A stretch of DNA of 64,000 nucleotides from a virus. The position numbers and the translations under genes were made by a program. Shown one piece after another: positions 38,317 to 47,958 of this stretch. The stretch lies in IMG/VR virus record IMGVR_UViG_3300032236_001081, positions 1 to 64,000 of that record; one strand, 5' to 3'. A model generated the notes under the pieces. The model made no database searches. It was not told where the DNA came from and saw only the letters and a program-made list of their open reading frames with translations. Position 1 is the stretch's first letter, and every line of letters begins with the position of its first letter.

Positions 38317-38327
38317 TCAAAAATGCA

Positions 38328-38885
38328 ATGAAAAGTTTTACTGAATTTATTTTAGAAGCTACTTCAATATGCAACCAATCCGGTGAGGGAAAATATTGTC
38401 CCTCTCACGGAAAGGAGAATTGCTCCAAATTAAAATCATATAAAACAGTTGAACAGATTGCTAAAAAGCATCGTCTTGATATTTCTTTTGTAAAAAATCA
38501 ACTTGAGATGGGAATTCCAATTGAGCACGAACATACTAAAGATAAAATGTTAGCAACGGAGATTGCACTTCAACATCTTGGTGAAATCCCAGATTACTAT
38601 ACCCGTTTGAAAAAAATGGAAGCATCAGCTAAAAAAGAACACAAAAAATTTAAAGATGTAAAAGAAGATTATACTGTAATACAATCTCGTGGTTCAACTT
38701 ATACGGTTTTATTAAATTGGAGAGGTCAACATCTTTCAGTTCAGATATTTTTCCCTAAATCATCAAGACCCACTAAAGATGAAGTCGTATTTGAGATAAG
38801 AAAAATATATCCAAATGCAATGGTCTTTTCATATGCACCATCAATTAAAGACCCAACTAAACCATTATTATTTACAGGTATATGA
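38328..38885 (+). CDS. Putative internal head protein with DUF5661-like domain
   Basis: MKSFTEFILEA N-terminus; C-x8-CPxH-x4-C; GIPIEHEHT...EIALQHL.E.PDYY.RL. Confidence 0.65.
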   Translation: MKSFTEFILEATSICNQSGEGKYCPSHGKENCSKLKSYKTVEQIAKKHRLDISFVKNQLEMGIPIEHEHTKDKMLATEIALQHLGEIPDYYTRLKKMEASAKKEHKKFKDVKEDYTVIQSRGSTYTVLLNWRGQHLSVQIFFPKSSRPTKDEVVFEIRKIYPNAMVFSYAPSIKDPTKPLLFTGI

Positions 38886-40540
38886 GCCCTTCTGAACAGT
38901 ATCTAGGTAATCCCCATCTAAAGAAAGCAAATACGAGATTAGAATTCACCTCTGAACAAATTGCTGAGTATATAAAGTGCAATAAAGACCCTATATATTT
39001 TTGTAAAAATTATGTGAAGATTGTAAGTGTTGATGATGGGGTAGTTCCTTTTAAAATGAGAAAGTTTCAAGAGAAACTAGTTCAAAGATTTCATAAAAAC
39101 AGATTTAATATCTGTAAAATGCCTAGACAGTGTGGCAAAACAACTACTGTTACTTCATATATCTTACATTATATACTATTCAACGATAATGTAAATATAG
39201 CTATTCTTGCAAACAAAGCGCAAACTGCTAAAGAAATTTTAGGTAAGCTTCAACTTGCTTATGAAAATCTCCCTAAATGGATGCAGCACGGGGTTAAGAT
39301 ATGGAATAAAGCGTCATTAGAACTAGATAATGGTTCAAAAATAATTGCAGCCTCTACATCTGCTTCTGCTGTTCGTGGTGGTGCATACAATATTCTAGTA
39401 TTAGATGAATTTGCGTTTATTCAAAATAATATCGCAGAAGACTTTTTTAGTTCGGTATATCCTACGATTACTTCAGGTAAGAATACAAAAGTTATAATCA
39501 TTTCTACCCCCAAAGGTATGAATATGTTTTATAAGATGTGGATAAATGCGGAACGAGGTAAAAATGAATATGTTCCTACAGAGGTGCATTGGTCTGAAGT
39601 CCCAGGAAGAGATGCTAAATGGAAAGAGCAGACTATTGCAAACACATCAAAGGAACAGTTTGAACAAGAATTTGAATGTAACTTCTTAGGTTCTATTGAT
39701 ACTTTAATTACTGCAGCAAAACTTAAAACCTTAATATTTGATGAACCTATTACTAAAAATGCAGGATTGGATATATATGAAACTCCTAAAGAAGACCATA
39801 ATTATTTAATGACTATTGATGTATCTAGAGGAACTGAAAATGATTATCACGCATTTATAATATTTGATATAACTAGTATTCCATATAAAATAGTGGGAAA
39901 ATATAGAAATAATGAAATTAAACCTTTTGTATATTCAACTGTTATTGAAAAAGTTGCAAAGTCTTATAATAACGCATATTGTTTGATTGAGGTGAATGAT
40001 ATTGGGGAGCAAGTAGCAAAAGAGCTTCATATGGATTTAGAGTATGATAATGTTCTGATGTGCTCTATGAGAGGTCGTGCAGGTCAAGTTGTTGGACAAG
40101 GATTCTCTGGACGAAAATCCCAATTTGGAATAAAGATGTCTAAGCTGGTAAAAAGAGTAGGATGCTCTAATCTCAAAACTATCATAGAAGATGATAAACT
40201 GTTGATAGGAGATTATGATATTATAAGTGAGCTTACCACATTTATTAGCAAAAATAATTCATTTGAAGCAGATGACGGATATAATGATGACCTTGCGATG
40301 TGTTTGGTAATTTTTTCTTGGTTAATAGTTCAGCCATATTTTAAGGAGATAACGAATAATGATGTTCGTAAAAGAATATACGAAGAGCAGAAAGACCAGA
40401 TTGAACAAGATATGACACCGTTCGGATTTATAGTAGATGGACTAAATGAAGAAGAAAAAATTTTTATGGATGATGACGGAGATACTTGGATTACTGCTGA
40501 TGCCAGGGAAGATACTTCATATATGTGGAACTATTTGTAA
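38882..40540 (+). CDS. g17: Terminase large subunit gp17
   Basis: PRQCGKTT Walker A, LDEFAF Walker B, ISTP.G.N, DDL.M. Confidence 0.97.
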   Translation: MSPSEQYLGNPHLKKANTRLEFTSEQIAEYIKCNKDPIYFCKNYVKIVSVDDGVVPFKMRKFQEKLVQRFHKNRFNICKMPRQCGKTTTVTSYILHYILFNDNVNIAILANKAQTAKEILGKLQLAYENLPKWMQHGVKIWNKASLELDNGSKIIAASTSASAVRGGAYNILVLDEFAFIQNNIAEDFFSSVYPTITSGKNTKVIIISTPKGMNMFYKMWINAERGKNEYVPTEVHWSEVPGRDAKWKEQTIANTSKEQFEQEFECNFLGSIDTLITAAKLKTLIFDEPITKNAGLDIYETPKEDHNYLMTIDVSRGTENDYHAFIIFDITSIPYKIVGKYRNNEIKPFVYSTVIEKVAKSYNNAYCLIEVNDIGEQVAKELHMDLEYDNVLMCSMRGRAGQVVGQGFSGRKSQFGIKMSKLVKRVGCSNLKTIIEDDKLLIGDYDIISELTTFISKNNSFEADDGYNDDLAMCLVIFSWLIVQPYFKEITNNDVRKRIYEEQKDQIEQDMTPFGFIVDGLNEEEKIFMDDDGDTWITADAREDTSYMWNYL

Positions 40541-40601
40541 AGGAAAGTTTATTTTTTTATAAATACCAATAGATAAATAGACTTCTTCAAGAGGTAATCA
40601 A

Positions 40602-42725
40602 ATGGCAGTAAATTTAGTATCCCCTGGAGTTAATATAAGAGAAGTTGACTTAACTGTAGGGGGAACAATAGCAGGGAATGCCCAAGTTGCGGCATTATGT
40701 GGTCCATTCCAAAAAGGTCCAGTAAATACTCCTGTTAGTGTTAGAACTGAGCAAGAGTTATTGAATATTTTTGGAAATCCAGTTTTGACTAATAATCAAA
40801 ATGAATATTGGTTATCTGCCACTAATTATCTTAGCTATGGTGGAGAATTAGTAGTTGTAAGATGTGACAGTTCTTCAGCTGGAACATTAATTAACTCTAA
40901 TGCCGCAGTTGGTGGAGGGTCTACTAATATACAAATTAACTCTGCAGTTGATTATAATTTAAACTCAGGTAGTTATTCTGGTTGGTATTATGCTTCAAGA
41001 AACCCAGGCTCTTGGGCAAATGGACTTAAAGTTTGCACTATTGACGCATATGCAGACCAAATTATAAGTGGCATCAATACCACTTCAGTAAATGTTGGAT
41101 ATGGAGTCACTGTAGGAATTAATACAACATATGCTGGAATTGGAACTGTTGTTACTGAAACTGGGTTCTTAAAAGGTATCGTTACAGGAGTTGGTAAGTC
41201 TTCAATTGATGTAAAAATAGTTTCAAAGTATAATAATACTACTAATGAGTATGTTACTGTTGATTACTCTGAAAATACTATCACATCTATAAAATCTGGT
41301 AATATAGTTATTAAAAATAACTCCGGTGCTGGAGTATTAACTACTTCTTCATATACTACTTCCGATTGGTATAATAATCAAATTTTAGAGCTAGATAACT
41401 CTAAAATTTATTGGAAATCTATTGCTCCAAAACCAAAAACTTCAGAATATGGTCGTGCAAGAAATTCTACTAATGATGAAATCCATATCGTAGTAGTTGA
41501 TGATTCTGGAGCAATTACTGGAACTTCTGGAAATATTGTAGAAAAGTTTCCAAATTTATCTAAAGCAATTGATGGTAAGTTATCTCCTGCTCAACAAATC
41601 TACTATAAAAACTATATTGCAGAAAATTCTGCTTATCTTTTTGTAGGAGAGGGTGAACAAGGAGTTGCCACTGGATTTGATACACTATCTTCTAATGCGG
41701 AAGGAGATACTGGAAATTGGGGAACTCTAACTCAAGGAACTACATTCTCGGCTGTTGGAAATAAATCATATTCTATGACAGGTGGAACTGATTATACAGC
41801 TGCAGTAGGAAACTATGGAGTAACTTTAAATGATATTGTTACTGGATATAGAGTATTCTCAAATCCTGCAGAATATAGAATTGATTTCTTACTTGCAGGA
41901 CCTTCCGGTGGAATTACTTCAATAGAGTGTCAATCTAAAGCAAATGAATTAATCAACATAGCAACTACAAGGAAAGATTGTATCGCAGTTATATCTGCAC
42001 CAAAAGAAGCTGTATTGAATACTTCAGATAGTAATGTTCAAACAGCAAATATTATAAATTTCTTTGCTGGAGTTACTCCAAGTAATTATGCTGTATTTGA
42101 TAGCGGTCATAAGTATACTTATGATAGATTTAATAGTCAATTCTTATACCTTCCTTGCAATCCTGATGTTGCAGGAGTAATGGCTAGAACTTCAATCGTT
42201 CAGTATCCTTGGTATTCTCCCGCAGGAGCAAACCGAGGTGTAATTAATAATGCAATTAAACTTGCATATAATCCATCTCAGAGTCAAAGAGATTTACTTT
42301 ACTCTAATGCAATAAACCCAATTATTGCTTCTCCAGGTCAGGGAATTATCTTATTTGGGGATAAAACCGCGTCTAATGTTGTATCTGCATTTGATAGAAT
42401 TAATGTTCGTAGACTATTCCTTACTATTGAAAATCAAATTGGAAGAGTAGCAAGAGCCCAATTATTTGAATTCAATGATGTGATTACAAGAAATAATTTT
42501 GTAAATATCGTTGAGCCATATCTCCGTGATATTAAAGCAAAAAGAGGTATTACTGATTTTCAAATTGTTTGTGATGAAAGTAATAATACTCCAGATGTTA
42601 TTGATTCAAATCAATTTAAAGCGGATATTTATATCAAACCCGCTAGGTCTATTAACTACATCAATCTTACATTTGTTGCTACAAGAACCGGAGTATCATT
42701 CTCTGAGATTGTAGGTACGGTTTAA
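40602..42725 (+). CDS. g18: Tail sheath protein gp18
   Basis: SPGV.IREVDLT, PWYSPAG..RG, FDRINVRRLF; TATAAATA at 40558. Confidence 0.97.
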   Translation: MAVNLVSPGVNIREVDLTVGGTIAGNAQVAALCGPFQKGPVNTPVSVRTEQELLNIFGNPVLTNNQNEYWLSATNYLSYGGELVVVRCDSSSAGTLINSNAAVGGGSTNIQINSAVDYNLNSGSYSGWYYASRNPGSWANGLKVCTIDAYADQIISGINTTSVNVGYGVTVGINTTYAGIGTVVTETGFLKGIVTGVGKSSIDVKIVSKYNNTTNEYVTVDYSENTITSIKSGNIVIKNNSGAGVLTTSSYTTSDWYNNQILELDNSKIYWKSIAPKPKTSEYGRARNSTNDEIHIVVVDDSGAITGTSGNIVEKFPNLSKAIDGKLSPAQQIYYKNYIAENSAYLFVGEGEQGVATGFDTLSSNAEGDTGNWGTLTQGTTFSAVGNKSYSMTGGTDYTAAVGNYGVTLNDIVTGYRVFSNPAEYRIDFLLAGPSGGITSIECQSKANELINIATTRKDCIAVISAPKEAVLNTSDSNVQTANIINFFAGVTPSNYAVFDSGHKYTYDRFNSQFLYLPCNPDVAGVMARTSIVQYPWYSPAGANRGVINNAIKLAYNPSQSQRDLLYSNAINPIIASPGQGIILFGDKTASNVVSAFDRINVRRLFLTIENQIGRVARAQLFEFNDVITRNNFVNIVEPYLRDIKAKRGITDFQIVCDESNNTPDVIDSNQFKADIYIKPARSINYINLTFVATRTGVSFSEIVGTV

Positions 42726-42759
42726 TCTAATCTAATTTAATTCAAAAGGAGGATTCAAA

Positions 42760-43383
42760 ATGGCTCAAATAGGTGGATACAATTCAAGAACTATTACTGA
42801 CTTTAAATCTAGATTAGTGGGAGGCGGGTCAAGAGCTAACCTTTTTGAAGTAGAATTATATTTTCCTGCGGGATTGAATATAGTTACTAACGAAGTATTT
42901 AGATTTATGGTTAAAGGTGCAGAACTCCCAGGGTCAACTGTAAGTGCTATTAGCATTCCATTTAGAGGAAGACAGCTAAAAGTTTCTGGAGATAGAACTT
43001 TTGCTCCTTGGACGATTACAGTCATCAATGATACTAATTTTACACTAAGAAATTCATTTGAAAAGTGGATGAATTTTATGAACCGTAATGATGACAATGC
43101 AGGGGTTATCACTCCCACTCAATATCAAACAAATATGTTAGTTCACCAATTAGGTAGAGGATTGCAAAATGCCAATACTCTTCCTGGAACTGGAGACCAA
43201 ATTCCTATTCATAAGAGTTATAAATTTTATGGAGCATTTCCTACAGATATTACTCCTATCGCATTATCTTATGATTCCGTTGATACAGTTGAAGAATTCT
43301 CAGTGACATTTGAGTATCAGTGGTGGGATACTTATGAAGCAGGGTCGGATGCAAGTATGCTTGGTACTGGCGAGACTGCATAA
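42760..43383 (+). CDS. g19: Tail tube protein gp19
   Basis: GG.R.NLFEV, PFRGR.LK..GDRTF..WT.TV.ND. Confidence 0.96.
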   Translation: MAQIGGYNSRTITDFKSRLVGGGSRANLFEVELYFPAGLNIVTNEVFRFMVKGAELPGSTVSAISIPFRGRQLKVSGDRTFAPWTITVINDTNFTLRNSFEKWMNFMNRNDDNAGVITPTQYQTNMLVHQLGRGLQNANTLPGTGDQIPIHKSYKFYGAFPTDITPIALSYDSVDTVEEFSVTFEYQWWDTYEAGSDASMLGTGETA

Positions 43384-43414
43384 ATAATGCTATAGTTGAA
43401 TTTTATTATAACTA

Positions 43415-45097
43415 ATGGCTAAAATATTTGGTTTTAAAATTGAAGGAACTGGGGAAGATAAATCTAAACAGATTCTTTCTCCAGTTCCTCGTAATGATGA
43501 AGATAAATCAGATTATTATGTCCAAAGTGGATTTTACGGTCAGTATGTAGATATAGAAGGCGTTTATAAAAACGAAGCAGACTTGGTGAGAAGATACAGA
43601 GAGATGTCTCTACACCCAGAATGTGATAGTGCGATTGAAGATGTAATTAACGAAGCAATTGTATCAGATTTAAATGATAGTCCAATAGAGATTGAACTAT
43701 CAAATTTACCAGCATCTGATAAATTAAAAGAAATTATCCGAAAAGAGTTCAAATACCTCAAAGAGGCTATGGACTTTGACAAAAAAGCACACGAAATTTT
43801 TAGAAATTGGTATGTGGATGGAAGGGTTTTTTATCATAAAGTAATTGATATAAAAAGACCTTCTGATGGAATCAAAGAAATTAGATATATTGACGCTCTT
43901 AAAATTAAATTAGTTCGCAAACTTAAAAAACCAGGACAACAAAATACATTAAGTAAGCAAGTAAGCACTCTTCTTAAACAAAATGCAGACCAAAATTATG
44001 TTTCTCCTGAAATAGAAGAATATTATTTGTATGACCCAAATATAGGTAAGGGGTCAACTCAATCTAATCTACAAACTAGTTTTACTCAATCTCAAGCGAT
44101 TAAATTATCTTCTGATTCTGTTGTATATGTTACCTCAGGATTAGTAGACAGAAATCGTCAAACTGTATTGTCTTATTTGCATAAAGCAATTAAAGCACTC
44201 AATCAACTAAGAATGATTGAAGATAGTATTGTTATTTACAGACTATCTAGAAGTTCAGAAAAAAGAATCTTTTATATTGATGTTGGTAATCTTCCAAAGA
44301 TTAAGGCAGAACAATATATGAGAGATGTGATGAATCGTTATCGGAATAAACTAGTATACAACGCAGATACTGGTGAAATCCGTGATGATAGAAAATATAT
44401 GGCTATGCTTGAAGACTACTGGTTACCTCGTAAAGATGGAGGTAGAGGAACAGAAGTTACTACTCTTCCAGCAGGACAAAACTTAGGAGAACTAGCTGAT
44501 ATTGAGTATTTCCAAAGAAAACTTTTTAAAGCTTTGGGAGTACCATCAACTCGTCTGGATGCAGGCGGTGGATTCAATCTGGGCCGTTCTTCTGAAATTC
44601 TTAGAGATGAACTTAAGTTCACTAGATTTGTAGGCAGATTAAGAAAAAGGTTTGCTCAAATCTTTATAGATTTACTGAAAACTCAACTTATTCTTAAAAA
44701 TATCGTTACTCCTGAAGATTGGGAAATTCTTTCGGACCACATTCAATTTGATTTCTTATATGATAATCACTTTGCTGATTTAAAGAAGAATGAAATAATG
44801 AATGACAAACTAGGAGTGGTTGCAGCAATGGAACCGTACCTTGGTCGTTATTTCTCAGCAGAATATGTAAGGAAAAATATCTTAGGGCAATCTGATAGTG
44901 AAATTCTGGATATTGATAAGCAAATTAAAAAAGAAATTGAAAAAGGAATCATTGCAAATCCTAAGGCAATGATGATGCCACCTACAGCAGGACAACCTCC
45001 CGCAGAAGGGCAGCCTCCTGCAATGGGTGCTCCAATGCAAGAGCCAGAAGTTGGCAATGGAGGAATGGGTGCAGGTAAAGATATAGGTCAAATTTAA
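43415..45097 (+). CDS. g20: Portal vertex protein gp20
   Basis: RIFYIDVGNLPK.KAEQY, EDYWLPR..GGRGTE.TTLP. Confidence 0.97.
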   Translation: MAKIFGFKIEGTGEDKSKQILSPVPRNDEDKSDYYVQSGFYGQYVDIEGVYKNEADLVRRYREMSLHPECDSAIEDVINEAIVSDLNDSPIEIELSNLPASDKLKEIIRKEFKYLKEAMDFDKKAHEIFRNWYVDGRVFYHKVIDIKRPSDGIKEIRYIDALKIKLVRKLKKPGQQNTLSKQVSTLLKQNADQNYVSPEIEEYYLYDPNIGKGSTQSNLQTSFTQSQAIKLSSDSVVYVTSGLVDRNRQTVLSYLHKAIKALNQLRMIEDSIVIYRLSRSSEKRIFYIDVGNLPKIKAEQYMRDVMNRYRNKLVYNADTGEIRDDRKYMAMLEDYWLPRKDGGRGTEVTTLPAGQNLGELADIEYFQRKLFKALGVPSTRLDAGGGFNLGRSSEILRDELKFTRFVGRLRKRFAQIFIDLLKTQLILKNIVTPEDWEILSDHIQFDFLYDNHFADLKKNEIMNDKLGVVAAMEPYLGRYFSAEYVRKNILGQSDSEILDIDKQIKKEIEKGIIANPKAMMMPPTAGQPPAEGQPPAMGAPMQEPEVGNGGMGAGKDIGQI

Positions 45098-45126
45098 TAA
45101 ATAGAACTGACATCTAATTACAACAA

Positions 45127-45348
45127 ATGGAAGACTTAGTGAATTTAATTGCAACTAATCAATCTGCTTCTGATATTTCAGATAAGATTAAAGAAATTCT
45201 TTATACCAAATCAGCAGAAAAAATCAATGAGGTAACTCCTTATGTTTCTGCTTCTATGTTTGGTCAGGAAGTAGATGAAGAGGATTACGAAGAAGAAGAT
45301 GAGTATGAAGATGAAGAAGATGATGAAGATGAAGATGAGGAGTATTGA
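45127..45348 (+). CDS. Prohead core protein (gp67/gp68 position), acidic tail
   Basis: Directly after g20; long D/E-rich C-terminus. Confidence 0.65.
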   Translation: MEDLVNLIATNQSASDISDKIKEILYTKSAEKINEVTPYVSASMFGQEVDEEDYEEEDEYEDEEDDEDEDEEY

Positions 45349-45391
45349 TATTTGTCCTTATTTATAAATAACTAATAATTAGTATATTATA

Positions 45392-45949
45392 ATGTCTTTT
45401 AAAATTGTTCAAAAAATACCCACTATTTCTATTGCATCTTCTGGTGGGATTTCAACTTCCGTTCCAATTGCAATGAAAACTGGATACCTTCTGATTACCC
45501 CAGAAGATAATGCTTATGTTGAAATCAGTCCAAATCCACAAGTAGATAATGTATCAAGTCTTTGGGTTCCTGGTGGAAACTCTGTAGTTATCAAACAGGA
45601 ATGGGGGTCTAGGTCTTTTATTGGAATCCAAACAGGTTCATCTACAACAATTATCTTTGAGTCTGGAACTGCTGCAGGATTTGAAGTTGGGGATGTAGTT
45701 TCAATTAGTGGAGTATCTCCAGTTGGAGTAAATACTAGTTTCACTACAGTAAATAGTATTGAAACTAGCACATCTTATGATAGTTATTATAATACAAGAA
45801 TGACTGTGAATTGGAATACTTCTGGAATTGCCACAGTTACTAGCCCAGTCGGTGAAGTTCGTAAAGTTACAAAAGTTTCTGCATATAATGCAGGAAGTGG
45901 TGCGAATAAAATTCACATTACAGAAATCCAAGCAAACGCATACGCATAA
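45392..45949 (+). CDS. Hypothetical virion-module protein
   Basis: TATAAATA at 45363; beta-rich, S/T/G-rich. Confidence 0.7.
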   Translation: MSFKIVQKIPTISIASSGGISTSVPIAMKTGYLLITPEDNAYVEISPNPQVDNVSSLWVPGGNSVVIKQEWGSRSFIGIQTGSSTTIIFESGTAAGFEVGDVVSISGVSPVGVNTSFTTVNSIETSTSYDSYYNTRMTVNWNTSGIATVTSPVGEVRKVTKVSAYNAGSGANKIHITEIQANAYA

Positions 45950-45953
45950 ACTA

Positions 45954-46607
45954 ATGAAACTAATCACCGAAGAAATAGACCAGGTAGAAGTTATCGTTGA
46001 AGAAATCAACGGTAAAAAATCTCTTTATATTGAAGGAATTTTCCTTCAAGGTGATATGTGTAATCGCAACAAACGATTATACGAAATGGATACTTTAAGA
46101 GAAGGAGTAAAAACCTATACTGAAAGATATCTCAGTAAAGGTAGGGCAGTTGGTGAATTGGGACACCCTCAAGGACCTGCTATCAATTTAGATAGAGTTT
46201 CTCATAATATTATATCACTAAAAGAATCTGGAAAAAACTTTATAGGTAAGGCTAAGATTTTAACATCTTTACCTATGGGTAAAATTGCTGCCGGTCTTTA
46301 TGGAGAAGGAGTAAAGCTTGGGGTATCTTCTCGTGGTGTTGGTTCATTAGTTCCAACATCAAAGGGATATAGCGTAGTTGGAAGAGATTTTATGCTTTCA
46401 ACTGCTGCAGATATCGTTCACGACCCATCTGCACCTGATGCATTTGTAAATGGCATTATGGAAGGTGTTAGTTGGTTGTATGATAGCAAGCAACAGATTT
46501 GGATTTCTGAAAATATTAAAAAGAGAATTGAAAGTGATTCATTCACTAAACAATTAACTGAAGAAAGAAAACTTCAGCATTTTGAAAATTATTTAAAATT
46601 ACTTTGA
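45954..46607 (+). CDS. g21: Prohead protease gp21
   Basis: MKLITEEI start at 45954; GELGHP, LDRVSH, GVSSRG.GS, D.V.DPSAPDA. Confidence 0.96.
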   Translation: MKLITEEIDQVEVIVEEINGKKSLYIEGIFLQGDMCNRNKRLYEMDTLREGVKTYTERYLSKGRAVGELGHPQGPAINLDRVSHNIISLKESGKNFIGKAKILTSLPMGKIAAGLYGEGVKLGVSSRGVGSLVPTSKGYSVVGRDFMLSTAADIVHDPSAPDAFVNGIMEGVSWLYDSKQQIWISENIKKRIESDSFTKQLTEERKLQHFENYLKLL

Positions 46608-46673
46608 ATAATATCATAAAATATAAAAATTATAAATAAACATAGAATATACAAGGTTATTCGGAGAGTTCAA

Positions 46674-47903
46674 ATGTCTCGTGGTAAGAATTTACAAGAA
46701 ATGGAAATAGGCACTAAACAATCTAACACTGCGGTAAATGCAGGTGCAAAGTCGGGAGACTCAATGCCTAAGTTGACCACAGGTATTCCCGATGGTCAAT
46801 CTGGTAGCTGGGAGGACCTAGGTGGTCCAACTCCAGAAAATTATACAAACGACCCCGAAGGTCCAGCAAAACTTAAGGATGCTGCTGCAGTTTTACAACA
46901 GGTAAGAAATGTAGTTAATGCTAAAGCAAAAGCTGCAGACCCTATGCCTACTATGAAAAAGCCAGTAGATGAAGAATCCGAATACGATGATGAAGATGAA
47001 ATCGTAGAGGCTAAAGAAGAAGATGATGAAGATATGGAGGATGAAGCTCCTAAATCTAAATCAAAGAAAAAAGGAATGATGAAAGGTAAAAAAGAAGAAG
47101 ACAAAGAAGATGATGAAGAAAGCTGTGGGGACGACGAAGAAGTAAAAGAAGAAATTCAAATGATTGAAGACCAGATTGAAGAAGATGTAGCCGCTCTTCT
47201 TTCTGGTGAGGACCTTTCTGAAGAGTTTAAGTTCAAGGCAAGAACTGTTTTTGAAGCAGCTCTTAATGCCAGAACTGAACAAATTGAAGAGGCAATCATT
47301 CGTCAGTATGAAGAACAGCTTTCTGAAGAAGTTCAGGAAATTGTTGAAGCACTCACTGACCGTGTAGATGCTTATCTTGAGTATGTTGCCGATGAGTGGA
47401 TTAAAGAAAATGCACTCGCAATAGAGACTGGACTCAAGGCTGAAATGACCGAATCATTCCTAAATGGAATGAAGGAACTTTTTGAAGATCATTATGTAAC
47501 AATCCCTGAAGATAGATATGATGTACTTGAGAGTATGGTAGAAAAACTAGATGATATGGAGACAAAACTCAACGAGCAAATTGAAAGAAATGTTGCTCTA
47601 AACCAAAGATTAGCAGAGTCAGCAACTGATGTAATTTTTGCAGAAGTAGCTGAAGGACTTGCAATTTCTCAAAAAGATAAGCTTGCCTCTCTTGCTGAAA
47701 ATGTTGAGTTTGATGGTGAAGGAGAATATCGTGAGAAACTAGTCACTCTAAGGGAATCTTATTTCCCTGCATATGCTAGTGCTCCAACCAGAAACAGACA
47801 AGATTATCTTGTTGAAGAGACTACTGATTCTGTTCCATATTCTGCTCCAACTGGAGTTATGGAAGCTTATGTCAATGCCTTCGCAAAAGTTTCTAAAAAG
47901 TGA
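46674..47903 (+). CDS. g22: Prohead core scaffold gp22
   Basis: LSEEFK.KA.T.FEAA, VD.YL.YV..EW..EN; TATAAATA at 46631. Confidence 0.93.
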   Translation: MSRGKNLQEMEIGTKQSNTAVNAGAKSGDSMPKLTTGIPDGQSGSWEDLGGPTPENYTNDPEGPAKLKDAAAVLQQVRNVVNAKAKAADPMPTMKKPVDEESEYDDEDEIVEAKEEDDEDMEDEAPKSKSKKKGMMKGKKEEDKEDDEESCGDDEEVKEEIQMIEDQIEEDVAALLSGEDLSEEFKFKARTVFEAALNARTEQIEEAIIRQYEEQLSEEVQEIVEALTDRVDAYLEYVADEWIKENALAIETGLKAEMTESFLNGMKELFEDHYVTIPEDRYDVLESMVEKLDDMETKLNEQIERNVALNQRLAESATDVIFAEVAEGLAISQKDKLASLAENVEFDGEGEYREKLVTLRESYFPAYASAPTRNRQDYLVEETTDSVPYSAPTGVMEAYVNAFAKVSKK

Positions 47904-47958
47904 TTTTTAGATAATATCAAATCAAACAACAAACTATTTTTTAAAAGAGGTAAATCAA

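Noticed and set aside
45828-45953. N-terminal extension of gp21 in the ORF track
   Set aside because: Overlaps the upstream gene; the family-typical start MKLITE is at 45954
45250-47170. GAA/GAT low-complexity runs as DNA repeats
   Set aside because: They encode acidic tracts of prohead core and scaffold proteins
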